Positions 10,253-21,758 of a DNA stretch of 64,000 nucleotides are shown one piece after another (the first letter of the stretch is position 1; each line of letters opens with the position of its first letter). Origin of the DNA: Gammaproteobacteria bacterium. GTDB taxonomy: Bacteria; Pseudomonadota; Gammaproteobacteria; GCA-001735895. The stretch spans positions 34,723 to 98,722 of the forward strand of contig JBNKUM010000030.1 in assembly GCA_050298595.1 (NCBI GenBank), in the 5' to 3' direction. Position numbers and translations under genes: made by a program. Below the pieces are notes generated by a model. That model was not told the DNA's origin. It made no database searches and worked only from the letters and a program-made list of their open reading frames with translations.

Positions 10253-10581
10253 TGTTATTCCGCGAATGCATGGACGCCTACATGGACGTAGGTGTTAGAG
10301 CGAAGCAGGAGGCCAGAGCCGGTGCATAGGAGCGTGAAAAGATATTTAGACTGTAATGGTCCACGAAACAGTGAGTTACCCTCTAATACGAGCCATCAAC
10401 TGCGGAATCCAGGTTTAACTGTTCCAGACGTCGCCAGTTTTCCTGATAAGTTAAAGCTGCCAAACCTTAAATCATTCTTATAAAGGCATTGGTATAAGTC
10501 ATAATTTACTTCAAACTATTACCGTGTAAGATACTGGGTAAAATCATCTAACTCAGAATGCTCTTTAGAAGAAGGACAAAA

Positions 10582-11178
10582 ATGGATACATCACTGATCA
10601 TTTTCCTCATCGTTATTGCACTGATTATCTTTTATATAATCGGTATTTATAACAAACTGGTTTCATTAAAAAACCGATATCTGAATGCTTTTTCTCAGAT
10701 AGAGGTTCAACTAAAACGCCGTTACGACCTGATACCCAATTTGGTAGAAACCGCAAAAGGCTATATCAAACACGAAAGAGAGACACTGGAAGCCGTGATT
10801 CAGGCTCGAAACACTGCAGCCCATAGTCTGCAGAAAATAGCTTCTGATCCAGGCAATGCCAGTGCCATGGGGGAATTGATCGGTGCTGAATCAAAATTAG
10901 CTGGTGCCCTGACTAACTTCAATGTATTGATGGAAGCCTACCCTGATCTCAAGGCTAGCGAGAATATGATGCAGTTAAGCGAAGAATTGGTTACTACCGA
11001 AAACCGAGTGGCCTTCGCACGACAGGCATTCAATGATCAGGTGATGGAATATAATGCTTACCGCCAGTCCTTTCCACAAACTATTTTTGCCTCTACCTTT
11101 GGTCACCCCAAAGATGCCGTTTTACTGAAATTTGAAGACAGTGCTGCGATACAGTCTGCACCAAAGGTTTCATTCTAG
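10582..11178 (+). CDS. lemA: LemA family protein
   Basis: N-terminal TM; [23 protein letters not shown] and ENRVAFARQ motifs; AAGGA RBS before ATG 10582. Confidence 0.93.
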   Translation: MDTSLIIFLIVIALIIFYIIGIYNKLVSLKNRYLNAFSQIEVQLKRRYDLIPNLVETAKGYIKHERETLEAVIQARNTAAHSLQKIASDPGNASAMGELIGAESKLAGALTNFNVLMEAYPDLKASENMMQLSEELVTTENRVAFARQAFNDQVMEYNAYRQSFPQTIFASTFGHPKDAVLLKFEDSAAIQSAPKVSF

Positions 11179-11193
11179 CTCCAGACCATTTTT

Positions 11194-13161
11194 ATGAATT
11201 TTTTTGCCTCCCAGGCACAGGCCCGCAGGAATACTTTTCAACTGGTTTTTCTGTTAATTCTTGCTGTCTGCTGTCTCATCATACTGACCAATCTGGTTGT
11301 CATGCTGGCGATGGGTTTTTTTAAAAACTCAAAAATCACCGATTTTAATAGCATGATCCAGCACATGGACTGGTGGACATTCGGCATGGTCGGGTTGGCG
11401 GTATGGGTTGTGGTATTAGCCGGCAGTGTCAGCAAAATTATAGCTTTATCAGCAGGTGGGAAAGTTATTGCTGAGGCCCTCGGCGGTAAACTTGTTTTAC
11501 GTAATTCTACCGATCAAAAACATCGACGTTTACTCAATGTAGTCACTGAGATGGCGATAGCATCCGGTACTGCTGTACCGCCCGTTTACATCATGCCACA
11601 GGAGCGCGGTATTAATGCCTTCGCGGCTGGCTACTCCAGCCGTGATGCCGTGATTAGTGTCACTCAGGGTCTGGTTGATCATTTAAGCCGTGAACAGTTA
11701 CAGGGCGTTATCGCGCATGAGTTCAGTCATATCTTTAATGGAGATATGCGACTTAATATCCAGTTGACAGGCACTTTAAATGGCATTCTGATCATCGGCA
11801 TCATTGGTTATGAATTACTGCGTTTACCATTTAGAGGATCGAGTTTTAGCACAAGAAGCAGAAGCCGTACTAGCGGAGGCGGAGATGCCAAACTCACCTT
11901 TTTCCTGGTCGCTCTGGGACTAAGTCTGATGATTATTGGGTACACTGGAACCTTTTTTGGGAATATGATCAAGGCCGCAGTCAGCCGACAACGTGAATAT
12001 CTTGCTGATGCATCTGCCGTACAGTTTACCCGTAATCCTAAAGGACTTGCTGGGGCATTAAAACGAATTGGTGGATTAGAAACCGGCTCACGTATGCAAA
12101 CCTCTGCCGCTGTCGAAATCAGCCATGCCTTTTTTGCACAGGGTATTTCCAACTTTCTCGAATCGCTGTTTGCCACGCATCCTCCGCTGATTAAACGTAT
12201 AAGGCGAATTGATCCCTACTGGAATGGACATTTCATCACCAAAGACAGAGAAGATACAGAAAAGGCGAACAGAAGTTTCAACCCATCGGTATCTTCTTTT
12301 GCGGGAGATTCCTCGCTAGCACCATCGACTACTAGCCAGGATTTAAATCAGACTATTCTAGCTGCAGGCGAGCTAACCCAGCAATCCATAGAACTCGCGC
12401 GTACCCTGTTATCAGGCATCTCTGCCAATATACGTCAAACAGCTGCCGAGCCATTTGGTGCCAGGGCCGTAGTTTATGCTCTACTATTAGATAAAGCATA
12501 TCCCGTTCGAGTCAAACAACTGGAGCAGTTGCAATACCATGCCGAGCGCGAGGTTTACCTGTTAACGCAGAAAATCATGACAGAGATGGATGCCCTGGAT
12601 TTTCGTCTGCGCCTGCCCCTGATAGATATCACGATCCCTGTACTGAAACAGCTTTCTAACTATCAATACCAGGACTTCCGAGATAATGTATCTTCTCTCA
12701 TGAATGCCGATGGGAAAATAGACCTGATGGAGTGGTCGCTACAGAAGATTCTGTTCAATCATTTAGACCAGCATTTTCATAATCAACCAAAACTCAGGGT
12801 TAAATCTCCCAGGTTATCACAGCTAAAAGTAGAGGTTAGCGTTATGCTATCCTTACTGGCTATAGCGGGTCATAGCCGAATTGAACTGGCTAGAGCAGCC
12901 TTTAACGCAGCAATGACTCATCTTAAACTCGAGCATGTTGACTTCATTGAACAAAAAAAGATGAAGCTGTCGGCAATAGATAACGCCCTGAAGAAATTAC
13001 AGCACATGTCTTTAATGCATAAAATGACTTTGCTCGAGGCCTGTATATTATGCATTGAACAGGACCAGATTAGTTCCAGCAGAGAGGTTGAATTATTGCG
13101 CGCTTTTTCATCCGCTATAGATTGCCCTATTCCTGTAGTGGTTCAATCATCAACACAATAG
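11194..13161 (+). CDS. M48-family (HtpX-like) zinc metalloprotease with C-terminal extension
   Basis: INAFAAG, AHEFSH (HExxH), SRQREYLADA, FATHPP; follows lemA. Confidence 0.9.
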   Translation: MNFFASQAQARRNTFQLVFLLILAVCCLIILTNLVVMLAMGFFKNSKITDFNSMIQHMDWWTFGMVGLAVWVVVLAGSVSKIIALSAGGKVIAEALGGKLVLRNSTDQKHRRLLNVVTEMAIASGTAVPPVYIMPQERGINAFAAGYSSRDAVISVTQGLVDHLSREQLQGVIAHEFSHIFNGDMRLNIQLTGTLNGILIIGIIGYELLRLPFRGSSFSTRSRSRTSGGGDAKLTFFLVALGLSLMIIGYTGTFFGNMIKAAVSRQREYLADASAVQFTRNPKGLAGALKRIGGLETGSRMQTSAAVEISHAFFAQGISNFLESLFATHPPLIKRIRRIDPYWNGHFITKDREDTEKANRSFNPSVSSFAGDSSLAPSTTSQDLNQTILAAGELTQQSIELARTLLSGISANIRQTAAEPFGARAVVYALLLDKAYPVRVKQLEQLQYHAEREVYLLTQKIMTEMDALDFRLRLPLIDITIPVLKQLSNYQYQDFRDNVSSLMNADGKIDLMEWSLQKILFNHLDQHFHNQPKLRVKSPRLSQLKVEVSVMLSLLAIAGHSRIELARAAFNAAMTHLKLEHVDFIEQKKMKLSAIDNALKKLQHMSLMHKMTLLEACILCIEQDQISSSREVELLRAFSSAIDCPIPVVVQSSTQ

Positions 13162-13163
13162 GA

Positions 13164-13403
13164 TTATGTAAAGGCATTAAAAGCAATAATGGTATGCGTA
13201 TCCCGAATACCTGGAATACTATGAATCTGTGTTTCTACATAACGACCGATATCTTCAGAATCACTAAGATAACACTTCGCCATTAAATCGTACTGACCTG
13301 AAATCGAAAAAACCTCTGAAACACTGTCACGTTCAACCAGCTCGGCAGCGACTTCATAAGCCTTGCCCAGTTCACATTTTAATTGTACGAATATGGCTTG
13401 CAT
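13164..13403 (-). CDS. Stand-alone Lrp/AsnC ligand-binding (RAM) domain protein
   Basis: SISGQYDLMAK...IPGIRDTHT pattern; no HTH. Confidence 0.8.
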   Translation of the reverse strand: MQAIFVQLKCELGKAYEVAAELVERDSVSEVFSISGQYDLMAKCYLSDSEDIGRYVETQIHSIPGIRDTHTIIAFNAFT

Positions 13404-13585
13404 GTAACTTTCCTGAAATAGATTTGTTTCCATAGCAGTATAAACCAGCAGATATTTTGGTCAATCAAGGAAATCGTGCGAAGCTGAATTAAAGCGAGCT
13501 CGTGAGCAGTTCAAACTGCACCCTGATTAATGCCTCTGAGGAAAACATCACCTTAGGTCTATATCTTGTGATTTAAGGCATCTTT

Positions 13586-15835
13586 TTACAAACCCTGTAT
13601 ATATTGTGCATTAGTCGATACGCTAATGTGATTACTTATTTGTTGTCGCGCCTGGTTAGCACCGTTTATCAGGTTTTCAAAGTATGTGACCAGTTTCGCT
13701 TTATCCTGCTCGCGCCCGGAACCAGCAGCTATATTCGTCAGATCAATAAAAAACTCGTCAAATAAATCGGCAAGATCGCTCACTATGTCCAGATTTAAGA
13801 ACTGCTCATGATTATAGATACTGGGATATCCCCCCCTTTGTTTATCTACGGCAAAAGAAACACCTTTGATATTGGTAATAGTGGTAGATTTTTTACATGT
13901 CAGCATACAAGCATCATCGATGCTGGGCTTTTTACAACCTACAGTTTGCTGGAAAAAACACTGGCGACTGGTCATCATCAAAATCGGATGATAAATGCTA
14001 TAAAGCAGTTTGAAATTGTCCGGACGTGCAATATTTTTGATTTGCATACGATTAATTTCGTTTGAAATAAAGGCTCCTGCACACTGTAATTCTTCTTTCA
14101 AGGTTAACAATGCATAAGAGTTGGTTGTGTTGAGGAATGGACCAGCAATCCACTCGATACCCATTTCAAATGCCTTATAGGCAATGCCGGTATTATTACT
14201 GACGATTCGTTTTGGACGAACCTGTTTAAGGATTCTCACAGATTCGTCGTAATCTTTACCAATTAATACTGCAGGAAACCATGGAATCAGGCGAGGATTG
14301 TGCAATAAGATATCAATGTGTTTATTGCAGCCTTTTTTGAGACTTTCCGGCAACTTGAAATACACATCAGCGTCAGTTAGATCAGACAGATGCATATCTT
14401 TTTCATCGGCAATTAGTATCGACAATGTCGGATTAATAGCCGTTTTTTTATGCTTATCTAACGCAGGCACATCGACAAAAGGAATAATTTCTACTGAATT
14501 TTTTAATAATGAAGTCGCCTGTTTTTTCAATTGGGTTAGTTCCTTAAACGGAATAGTTAAGCCATCATCAAGACCATAGTATTCAATATCTTTAATGCTG
14601 TAATTGTTGCGGGCCAGGTTTTTGAATTGCTTTTCTAAAGCAACCTGATTGATAGGCTTTTGACTGGCAGGTCGGAGCAGCGATGTAGTTTGCAAGCTGA
14701 AAACCTTGTTGTCATCACCTACTGTCATAGTCAGGCAAAGAGGCTCGTTCAATTGACCAGAAAAAGCTAATACTAGCGGTTGTTTAGCAATGCTGAGATT
14801 TTGAATTTTTTCTGCGAGATCTGCCCCGAGTTCATTTTTCTTCCTGTGAAGTTCATCTCTTACATGCTGAATATCCTTCACCAGTACAGCATGACTTTTC
14901 TCAATAGCATGTTGAACACTATGATCACGCGGATTGTCGATAAACATATCTTTGCTGAGGTTGCCCTTTAAAAAAGCGTTGGTGAAATCACGATTAAAAA
15001 CGCGGTGCAAGTTAGAGTCATCCGTCAACAGATTTCCTGTATTAACAAACTCGTCGATTTGCTTTCGCCAGCTATCAACTACGGTATAAACATAGTGTGC
15101 ATTTTTGATACGACCTTCAATTTTCAAAGAGTCAACTTCAGCATCAACTAAAGCTGGTAGATCAAAATATACAGAATTGTCTTTCAGATTGAGAGGGAAA
15201 CGATTGCCCGCCGCAGTTATTTCATATTCATCACGACATGCCTGGCTACAACTTCCACGGTTACCTGAGTTGCCAACGCTGACCGAACTGGAATAACACT
15301 GTCCAGAAAATGCAATACAAAGTGCACCATGTACAAAAACCTCGGTTTGTACGCTGTGTTTGTGGGCCAATGCCGTCAATGATTTAATTTCGTCAATATT
15401 TAATTCACGCGACAGGTTAACGCGAGATGCTCCGATTTTTTTCAGGAATAATATCTGACCTTCGTTAAGCGTTGTCAGTTGGGTAGAGGCATGAATATTG
15501 ATGGAAGGAAAATATTTCTTTACCAGATTAAAAATGCCCAGATCCTGTACGATAATTCCATCGATACCAGAATTGACCAGCTTGTTCAGTAGTTTGATCA
15601 AGCTGGGAATCTCTCGTTCCAGGATAACCACGTTTAAGGTCAAAAACACACTACAATCGTACTTGTGTGCTAAAACTATGATGCCCGATAAGTCATCAAA
15701 ACTAAGGTTAGAGGCCCGGTTCCGAGCGTTAAAGTTATCCAGTCCACAATAGACTGCATTCGCACCAGCAACAATGGCTGCTTTAATGGCTTCAACATCG
15801 CCACCGGGCGCTAATAATTCAATATTTCTTTTCAT
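13586..15835 (-). CDS. U32 peptidase-family protein (RlhA-like RNA hydroxylation Fe-S protein)
   Basis: ELLAPGG, HASTQ, LSREL, VHGALCIAFSGQC, NRGSCSQACR, SLKIEGR; long C-terminal extension. Confidence 0.88.
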   Translation of the reverse strand: MKRNIELLAPGGDVEAIKAAIVAGANAVYCGLDNFNARNRASNLSFDDLSGIIVLAHKYDCSVFLTLNVVILEREIPSLIKLLNKLVNSGIDGIIVQDLGIFNLVKKYFPSINIHASTQLTTLNEGQILFLKKIGASRVNLSRELNIDEIKSLTALAHKHSVQTEVFVHGALCIAFSGQCYSSSVSVGNSGNRGSCSQACRDEYEITAAGNRFPLNLKDNSVYFDLPALVDAEVDSLKIEGRIKNAHYVYTVVDSWRKQIDEFVNTGNLLTDDSNLHRVFNRDFTNAFLKGNLSKDMFIDNPRDHSVQHAIEKSHAVLVKDIQHVRDELHRKKNELGADLAEKIQNLSIAKQPLVLAFSGQLNEPLCLTMTVGDDNKVFSLQTTSLLRPASQKPINQVALEKQFKNLARNNYSIKDIEYYGLDDGLTIPFKELTQLKKQATSLLKNSVEIIPFVDVPALDKHKKTAINPTLSILIADEKDMHLSDLTDADVYFKLPESLKKGCNKHIDILLHNPRLIPWFPAVLIGKDYDESVRILKQVRPKRIVSNNTGIAYKAFEMGIEWIAGPFLNTTNSYALLTLKEELQCAGAFISNEINRMQIKNIARPDNFKLLYSIYHPILMMTSRQCFFQQTVGCKKPSIDDACMLTCKKSTTITNIKGVSFAVDKQRGGYPSIYNHEQFLNLDIVSDLADLFDEFFIDLTNIAAGSGREQDKAKLVTYFENLINGANQARQQISNHISVSTNAQYIQGL

Positions 15836-16281
15836 GTTGCGAATTACATAATTCCAGATAATACTTAACAGGCTAGTTTGTTTTGGGTTGGCATAATAGA
15901 TAGGGAATACAATCTTCGGGGCACAATTTACAACCTTAGGGCTGGCCTTACGTTTTACATAGGAGTTGCTTAAGCTTTTACAGCCCGACTTACCATTGCA
16001 TAGCTGTAGTCAAAATACTCCCCCTACCTGCTCCAGGATATATTGCCAGTTAAGCCAGGCTTTTGCCATGCTGTATTTCTCACTACAGCCTTCTCATCGT
16101 AATCGCCAGGTGATTAGTGTGATACCTGTTCCTTTTTCTTGGAATATCCTTGAAAGACAAGCCTGAACATATTTTTACCCTATTTCGCCAACATCTGTGA
16201 TTAAATAATCGATTTTCCTGGCTTATAGATGGCAATAGCATTCAGAATATGGGCCAATTGGACATTCATAAATTGAACATA

Positions 16282-17160
16282 ATGATAAAACTACATAACT
16301 CACCAATCCAGAATATAACCTTTCAGAATCAATCTTTCTTAATCAAAAGAGATGATTTACTAGATGCTGAATTTTCAGGAAATAAAGCCAGAAAGTTTCA
16401 CTACTTTTTGGTAAATGAGTTTCCAGATATTGATACAGTTATCAGCCATGGCTCAAATCAATCTAATGCCATGTACTCATTATCAGTTCTTTGTAAATTA
16501 AAAAAATGGAACTTTATATACTATGTGGACCATATACCGACTTTTTTAAAAGAAAATCCAGACGGAAATTATAAATATGCTTTAGAAAATGGTATGCATT
16601 TAAAGACATTTGAAAACAATCAAACAATAGCTGATATCGAATATGATACTGGTAATACTTTATTTATCAATGAGGGCGGAGCCAACAAAGAATCTCAATA
16701 TGGTATAGAGATTCTTGCGAATGAAATAATACTTTACAAAGATGAAAATAAAATAAAGAATCTAAAGATATTCCTACCTGGCGGTACAGGTACTACTACT
16801 CTTTTTTTACAAAAATATATCAATGATGAAGTTATTACCACACCTTGTGTTGGGGATGAAGAATATCTAAAAAAACAATTTTTAGAGCTTGAAAGTGATG
16901 TATCAATACATCCGACCATTATACCAAATGATAAAAAGTATCACTTTGGAAAGCTGTATAAAGAAAATTACCTATTATGGAAAAAGTTAAAAGAAAAAAC
17001 TAATATTGAGTTTGATTTATTATATGACCCTATTGGTATGAAAATATTTTTAGAACTTAAAAAAGAGAATGACTTCAAATATATTTATATTCACCAGGGC
17101 GGTATAAAAGGAAATGAGACTATGATAAAAAGATATAAATTCAAATTTAAAGATATTTAG
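16282..17160 (+). CDS. PLP-dependent ACC deaminase/D-cysteine desulfhydrase-like protein
   Basis: KRDDLL..SGNKARK, GSNQSNAM, GTGTT, FDLLYDP, YIHQGG; markedly AT-rich. Confidence 0.85.
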   Translation: MIKLHNSPIQNITFQNQSFLIKRDDLLDAEFSGNKARKFHYFLVNEFPDIDTVISHGSNQSNAMYSLSVLCKLKKWNFIYYVDHIPTFLKENPDGNYKYALENGMHLKTFENNQTIADIEYDTGNTLFINEGGANKESQYGIEILANEIILYKDENKIKNLKIFLPGGTGTTTLFLQKYINDEVITTPCVGDEEYLKKQFLELESDVSIHPTIIPNDKKYHFGKLYKENYLLWKKLKEKTNIEFDLLYDPIGMKIFLELKKENDFKYIYIHQGGIKGNETMIKRYKFKFKDI

Positions 17161-17255
17161 GCACTCAAGTTTTGGAGTTCAAATCCAATCAAAAAAATTT
17201 GATCGGCCGAGCCTAAACTGTATGAATCATTTTGAACTCCGAAACTTGAGTACCT
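17159..17255. mobile_element. ~97-bp MITE-like element
   Basis: Terminal inverted repeats AGGCACTCAAGTTTTGGAGTTCAAA ... TTTGAACTCCGAAACTTGAGTACCT. Confidence 0.75.
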
Positions 17256-17477
17256 TAATATCTCCTTCTGTCTTCAATCAGCCAATTGCAGTGCATACTC
17301 CAATGGCTGCGTCCTGAAAGACTATCTTATTAAATCATAACTAATTCATCAATGTGGCAGATATAACTGTTTGCTTATATGCAGATACAGGAAGCTAACC
17401 TAGCCAGCCTTTCTCCGCGCCAACAAATCTGGCATCACACTCAATTGGCAAAATCATGTCAACTTTATCATTTGAGT

Positions 17478-17505
17478 ATGTGGGATGTGGGATGTGGGAT
17501 GTGGG
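17478..17505 (+). repeat. Heptamer tandem repeat (ATGTGGG)x4
   Basis: Four perfect units, followed by a degenerate GGGCCT..GTTAAC TIR-like motif. Confidence 0.9.
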
Positions 17506-17538
17506 CCTATGTTAACGACATCAACACTAAATCAGAAA

Positions 17539-18417
17539 CTAATAATCCGCCAGATATTCACGAATTAGCGCTAAGGCTTCGCGAGAAGCATTGCCTTTTT
17601 GCTCAGATAGCTGCAATGCTACCTCCCCTAGTCTGGCATATAGACTGGCATATTCCGGGTTCCACTGAGAAATTGCCAACAGCTGATTTTCTACTACCAT
17701 GTCATCACCCCGTGCTATAGGTCCTGTCAATGCGTCAGCCGTACCCAGGTGAAATATATTATTCAGCGTCTCGCGCACCATGGGTTGCATAACATCCATT
17801 GCTTGCTCACGATCTAATCCGGAATTTTGGTAGGTTTGTATTCCAACTTCCATCAATGCCGTTAAATAGTTACATACCATGACACTGGCGGCATGGTAAT
17901 ATATTTTGCTCTCAGCCTGTACACGAAATACCCTGCCACCGATACATTGCATCGCGGCTTCAATAATATCTAAAGCTTGCGGGTCACCTTCCACACTACA
18001 ATAAGTGCCCATAAAGTTTTCCACCGCATTTGATGGATCGGCAAAACTTTTTACCGGGTGCATGCTGCAGATGAAAACATCGTACTCCCTCGCTTGATTT
18101 AACGCTTCGGAAGACAGTGCGCCACTGCAGTGAAACAAAACATCACCTGGTTTTAGTAAAGCAGAATCAAGCAGAGATTGACAGGTATTGATAATTTCAT
18201 TATCAGGCGTCGCAATTAAATAAACTTTGCCTGGAGGCATTTCATCCAGATTAGATATTGCAACTCCAGCCTCAATAAAATCGATGGCCTGAATTGAACT
18301 TTCGATAGATCGATTTAATACCCCTCCTATTTCAAAGCATTGATGAGTTGACCAGAGTCTCGCTAGTGATCTACCAAGATGGCCGCAGCCGATGATGTTG
18401 AGCCTAAACTTATTCAT
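17539..18417 (-). CDS. Rossmann-like and DUF2520 domain oxidoreductase
   Basis: IIGCGHLG, HCSGA, HPVKSF, YHAASV, LTGPIARGD motifs. Confidence 0.9.
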   Translation of the reverse strand: MNKFRLNIIGCGHLGRSLARLWSTHQCFEIGGVLNRSIESSIQAIDFIEAGVAISNLDEMPPGKVYLIATPDNEIINTCQSLLDSALLKPGDVLFHCSGALSSEALNQAREYDVFICSMHPVKSFADPSNAVENFMGTYCSVEGDPQALDIIEAAMQCIGGRVFRVQAESKIYYHAASVMVCNYLTALMEVGIQTYQNSGLDREQAMDVMQPMVRETLNNIFHLGTADALTGPIARGDDMVVENQLLAISQWNPEYASLYARLGEVALQLSEQKGNASREALALIREYLADY

Positions 18418-18667
18418 TTATTGGATAATCCATACAAACCAGCATCTTACGCACTGAGAAGATGCATTTTATATATAAAAATTCCAAATGTAGACTAGAA
18501 TGATTATATCTACGAAATACTCAGTCTGAAGTGAATCTAAATTTAAGCTTATTTTATCGTTATTTATATGTACTAAACATGCGAGTAAGATTGAATTATT
18601 TTGAACATTTCATAGGGTCATAGGTTGTACAGAATCCCATTAACTTAATAAATGAGTTGATATAATA

Positions 18668-20575
18668 ATGTTAAAGAAGATTAATATTGGCACTTTGCTA
18701 GGGCTGAGTTTTACCGCTGTTTTATTGTTAGTTACTTTAGTTAATATACCTGTTGTTATATCCACGGTTTCCTCGGTGGTTCAATCAGCCGAAGAGCGTG
18801 AACTAAAGGCTCTATTTAACACCGCCACTATGGAACTGGAGTCAGAAGGCCATCTGGCGAGCGCACTGGCAACGACTATTGCCAATATTGAAATTTTCAG
18901 TGATAAGTTTGCCAATCAGGATAGAGAAGGTCTGTCACAGGATCTTGCCGGTGTCTTTAAGGTCTTAAAAAAGGATTTTAATGCGCGACAGTTTCAATTT
19001 CACACACCACCAGCAACCTCTTTTCTTCGTCTGCACAAACCTGAAAAGTTCGGCGATGACCTGTCTTCCTTCCGAAAAACGGTTATTGCCACAAATAAAG
19101 ACAAAAAGAATGTAGTAGGCCTGGAGAAAGGGGTTGCGGGACTCGGTATTAGAGGTATTGCCCCTGTTTTCTCAAAAGGCCAGCATATTGGCTCGGTAGA
19201 GTTTGGTATGTCATTTGGTCAGGCATTTTTTGAAAAATTTAAACAGCGCCATGATGTTGATATTTCTCTTTACATAAACAATGGCAATGAATTCCAGAAA
19301 TTTGGTTCCACGCTTAAGGGCGAGCCTCTTTTAACATCCGCACAACTTGAGAGCGCTATGGAAAAGCCTGTTATTCAGGAGCTTTCAGTAGATGGTCAGG
19401 ATCTGGCCGTCTACGCCTACCGGGTTGACGATTATACCGGTCATGCAGTAGGCGTACTCGAAATTGGTATGGATAGCAGCCACTATGTTGCAACCATTGC
19501 TGATGCAAAAAACACCGCAATCATTATTGGCGTGGTAGCGTTGGTGGCGGGATTAATCATTGCTTCTTTTATCGGACGTCTGATTGCTACCCCCTTATGC
19601 TCAACCGTTGAAGCTATGAATGAGATTGCTGAGGGTGGTGGTGACCTCACTCGCCGCCTGGATGAATCGGGTAATAACGAAATCACTCGACTGGGTAAGG
19701 CCTTTAATCAATTTGCTGAGAAAATCCGTAACACAGTAAGTAAAGTTAGTAGTTCAACTTCCCAGCTCGCTGCAGCTGCCGTCGAAATGTCCACTATTAC
19801 TGAACAAACCACCCTGGGTACTGAGAAACAACAATCTGAAACAGTGATGGTAGTTACTGCCATGAATGAAATGACTGCCACTGTGCAGGAAGTTGCTCGC
19901 CATGCCAATGAAGCTGCAGATGCTGCCAATAGCGCTGATCAGGCTTCAACCGAGGGGAAACAGGTCGTCATTAAAACAATGCAGGCTATCGAAGCGTTGT
20001 CTGAGGAAGTTCATTCCGCAGCAAATGTGATTGGGCAACTTGAAAAAGATAGCGAAAATATCGGATCGGTACTGGATGTCATCAGAGGTATTGCCGAGCA
20101 AACAAACTTACTCGCCCTGAATGCCGCTATCGAGGCCGCTCGTGCCGGTGAACAGGGGCGTGGTTTCGCGGTTGTAGCCGATGAGGTGCGTAACCTTGCC
20201 AGCAAAACCCAGCACTCCACACAGGAAATCCAGCAAATGATTGAAAAGCTTCAGCATGGCGCTCAAAGTGCGGTCAAGGTAATGGACGAAAGTCGGGATA
20301 GAGCCAATAACAGCGTGGAACAGGCCGACAAAGCTAATTCATCACTTCAAATCATCGCTGACTCAGTATCAAAGATTAAGGATATGAATACTCATATCGC
20401 TCACGCTGCTGAGCAGCAAAGTGCAGTAGCTGAAGAGATCAATAGAAATATTGTGAACATTAATGATATCGTTGACGATACTGCTAAAGGTGCCTCTCAG
20501 ACAACCCAAGCAAGTGAAGAGCTGTCTCGTCTTGCTGTTGATTTACAGCAATTGGTAAATCAGTTTAAGGTTTGA
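18668..20575 (+). CDS. Methyl-accepting chemotaxis protein with Cache sensor domain
   Basis: Two TM helices, [16 protein letters not shown] Cache segment, [38 protein letters not shown]. Confidence 0.95.
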   Translation: MLKKINIGTLLGLSFTAVLLLVTLVNIPVVISTVSSVVQSAEERELKALFNTATMELESEGHLASALATTIANIEIFSDKFANQDREGLSQDLAGVFKVLKKDFNARQFQFHTPPATSFLRLHKPEKFGDDLSSFRKTVIATNKDKKNVVGLEKGVAGLGIRGIAPVFSKGQHIGSVEFGMSFGQAFFEKFKQRHDVDISLYINNGNEFQKFGSTLKGEPLLTSAQLESAMEKPVIQELSVDGQDLAVYAYRVDDYTGHAVGVLEIGMDSSHYVATIADAKNTAIIIGVVALVAGLIIASFIGRLIATPLCSTVEAMNEIAEGGGDLTRRLDESGNNEITRLGKAFNQFAEKIRNTVSKVSSSTSQLAAAAVEMSTITEQTTLGTEKQQSETVMVVTAMNEMTATVQEVARHANEAADAANSADQASTEGKQVVIKTMQAIEALSEEVHSAANVIGQLEKDSENIGSVLDVIRGIAEQTNLLALNAAIEAARAGEQGRGFAVVADEVRNLASKTQHSTQEIQQMIEKLQHGAQSAVKVMDESRDRANNSVEQADKANSSLQIIADSVSKIKDMNTHIAHAAEQQSAVAEEINRNIVNINDIVDDTAKGASQTTQASEELSRLAVDLQQLVNQFKV

Positions 20576-20671
20576 TGGAATTTCTAAACAGGAGTCAATC
20601 CACCTTATGGTAAAGTAGGCCTTGAATTTTTTGAGCTGTAGACTTTTATACAAAAATTGGGGACATCAACC

Positions 20672-21688
20672 ATGTGGCTAGCAGACAGCAATCGTTATCA
20701 GACCATGAGTTATCAGCGCTGTGGTCATTCTGGGTTATTACTTCCTTCAATCTCATTAGGTCTTTGGCACAATTTTGGCGATGACGTCGCTCACCTGACT
20801 AAACAGGCAATCTGTCGTCGTGCATTTGATCTTGGTATCACTCATTTTGACCTGGCTAATAACTATGGCCCTCCTCCTGGATCTGCTGAACTCGCATTCG
20901 GTCGAATTTTAAAACAGGATTTCCTGCCTTATCGAGACCAGTTAATCATTTCATCAAAGGCCGGATATGAAATGTGGCCAGGCCCCTATGGTGAATGGGG
21001 TAGTCGTAAATACCTGATTGCCAGTTGTGATCAAAGCCTGAAGCGACTTGGACTGGATTATGTAGACATTTTCTATTCACACCGCTTTGATCCCAACACC
21101 CCTTTAGAAGAAACGATGATGGCACTGGATCAGATCGTAAGATCTGGTCGTGCTTTATATGTCGGCATATCATCCTATAACTCACAGCAGACCCGCGAAG
21201 CCCTGGCCATTCTCGACAATTTGAAAACCCCCTGCCTGATTCATCAGCCGAGTTATTCACTGTTGAATCGTTGGATTGAAAGTGATGGCTTACTCAATAC
21301 ACTGGAAGAGTACGGTGTCGGGAGCATCGTATTCTCTCCTCTTGCTCAGGGGATGTTGACAGACAAATACCTGAATGAGATCCCTGAAAATAGCCGAGCT
21401 GCTCAGAGCAAATCATTAGACCCCAATTTTTTGAATGAAACTAATATGTCAAATATTAAAGCTTTGAATCAGATTGCCTTATCTCGTGGACAGTCATTGG
21501 CTCAAATGGCGATAGCCTGGGTACTTAGAGATGACAGGGTGACTTCGGCGTTAATTGGTGCAAGCTCGGTACAGCAATTAGAAAATAGTGTAGCAGCGCT
21601 TAATCAACGAGAGTTCACGCAAGAGGAACTCATAGAGATTGATAAATATGCTCAGGAAGCGGGTATAAATATCTGGGCACGGCGTTAA
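20672..21688 (+). CDS. yghZ: Aldo-keto reductase, L-glyceraldehyde-3-phosphate reductase (YghZ/Gpr type)
   Basis: SLGLWHNFG, FDLANNYGPPPGSAE, SSKAGYEMWPGPYGEWGSRKYL. Confidence 0.9.
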   Translation: MWLADSNRYQTMSYQRCGHSGLLLPSISLGLWHNFGDDVAHLTKQAICRRAFDLGITHFDLANNYGPPPGSAELAFGRILKQDFLPYRDQLIISSKAGYEMWPGPYGEWGSRKYLIASCDQSLKRLGLDYVDIFYSHRFDPNTPLEETMMALDQIVRSGRALYVGISSYNSQQTREALAILDNLKTPCLIHQPSYSLLNRWIESDGLLNTLEEYGVGSIVFSPLAQGMLTDKYLNEIPENSRAAQSKSLDPNFLNETNMSNIKALNQIALSRGQSLAQMAIAWVLRDDRVTSALIGASSVQQLENSVAALNQREFTQEELIEIDKYAQEAGINIWARR

Positions 21689-21758
21689 TTCATTCTCTTG
21701 TTGAGCATGATCAGAAAACTCATGTAAAAATAGTACCCGACTGGATAACTCAGTAAAT

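Noticed and set aside
15966-16166. 66-aa ORF between the U32 and PLP-enzyme genes
   Set aside because: No recognisable family or coding-like composition; left unannotated.
17379-17720. 113-aa plus-strand ORF
   Set aside because: Spans the heptamer repeat and the antisense of the DUF2520 gene.
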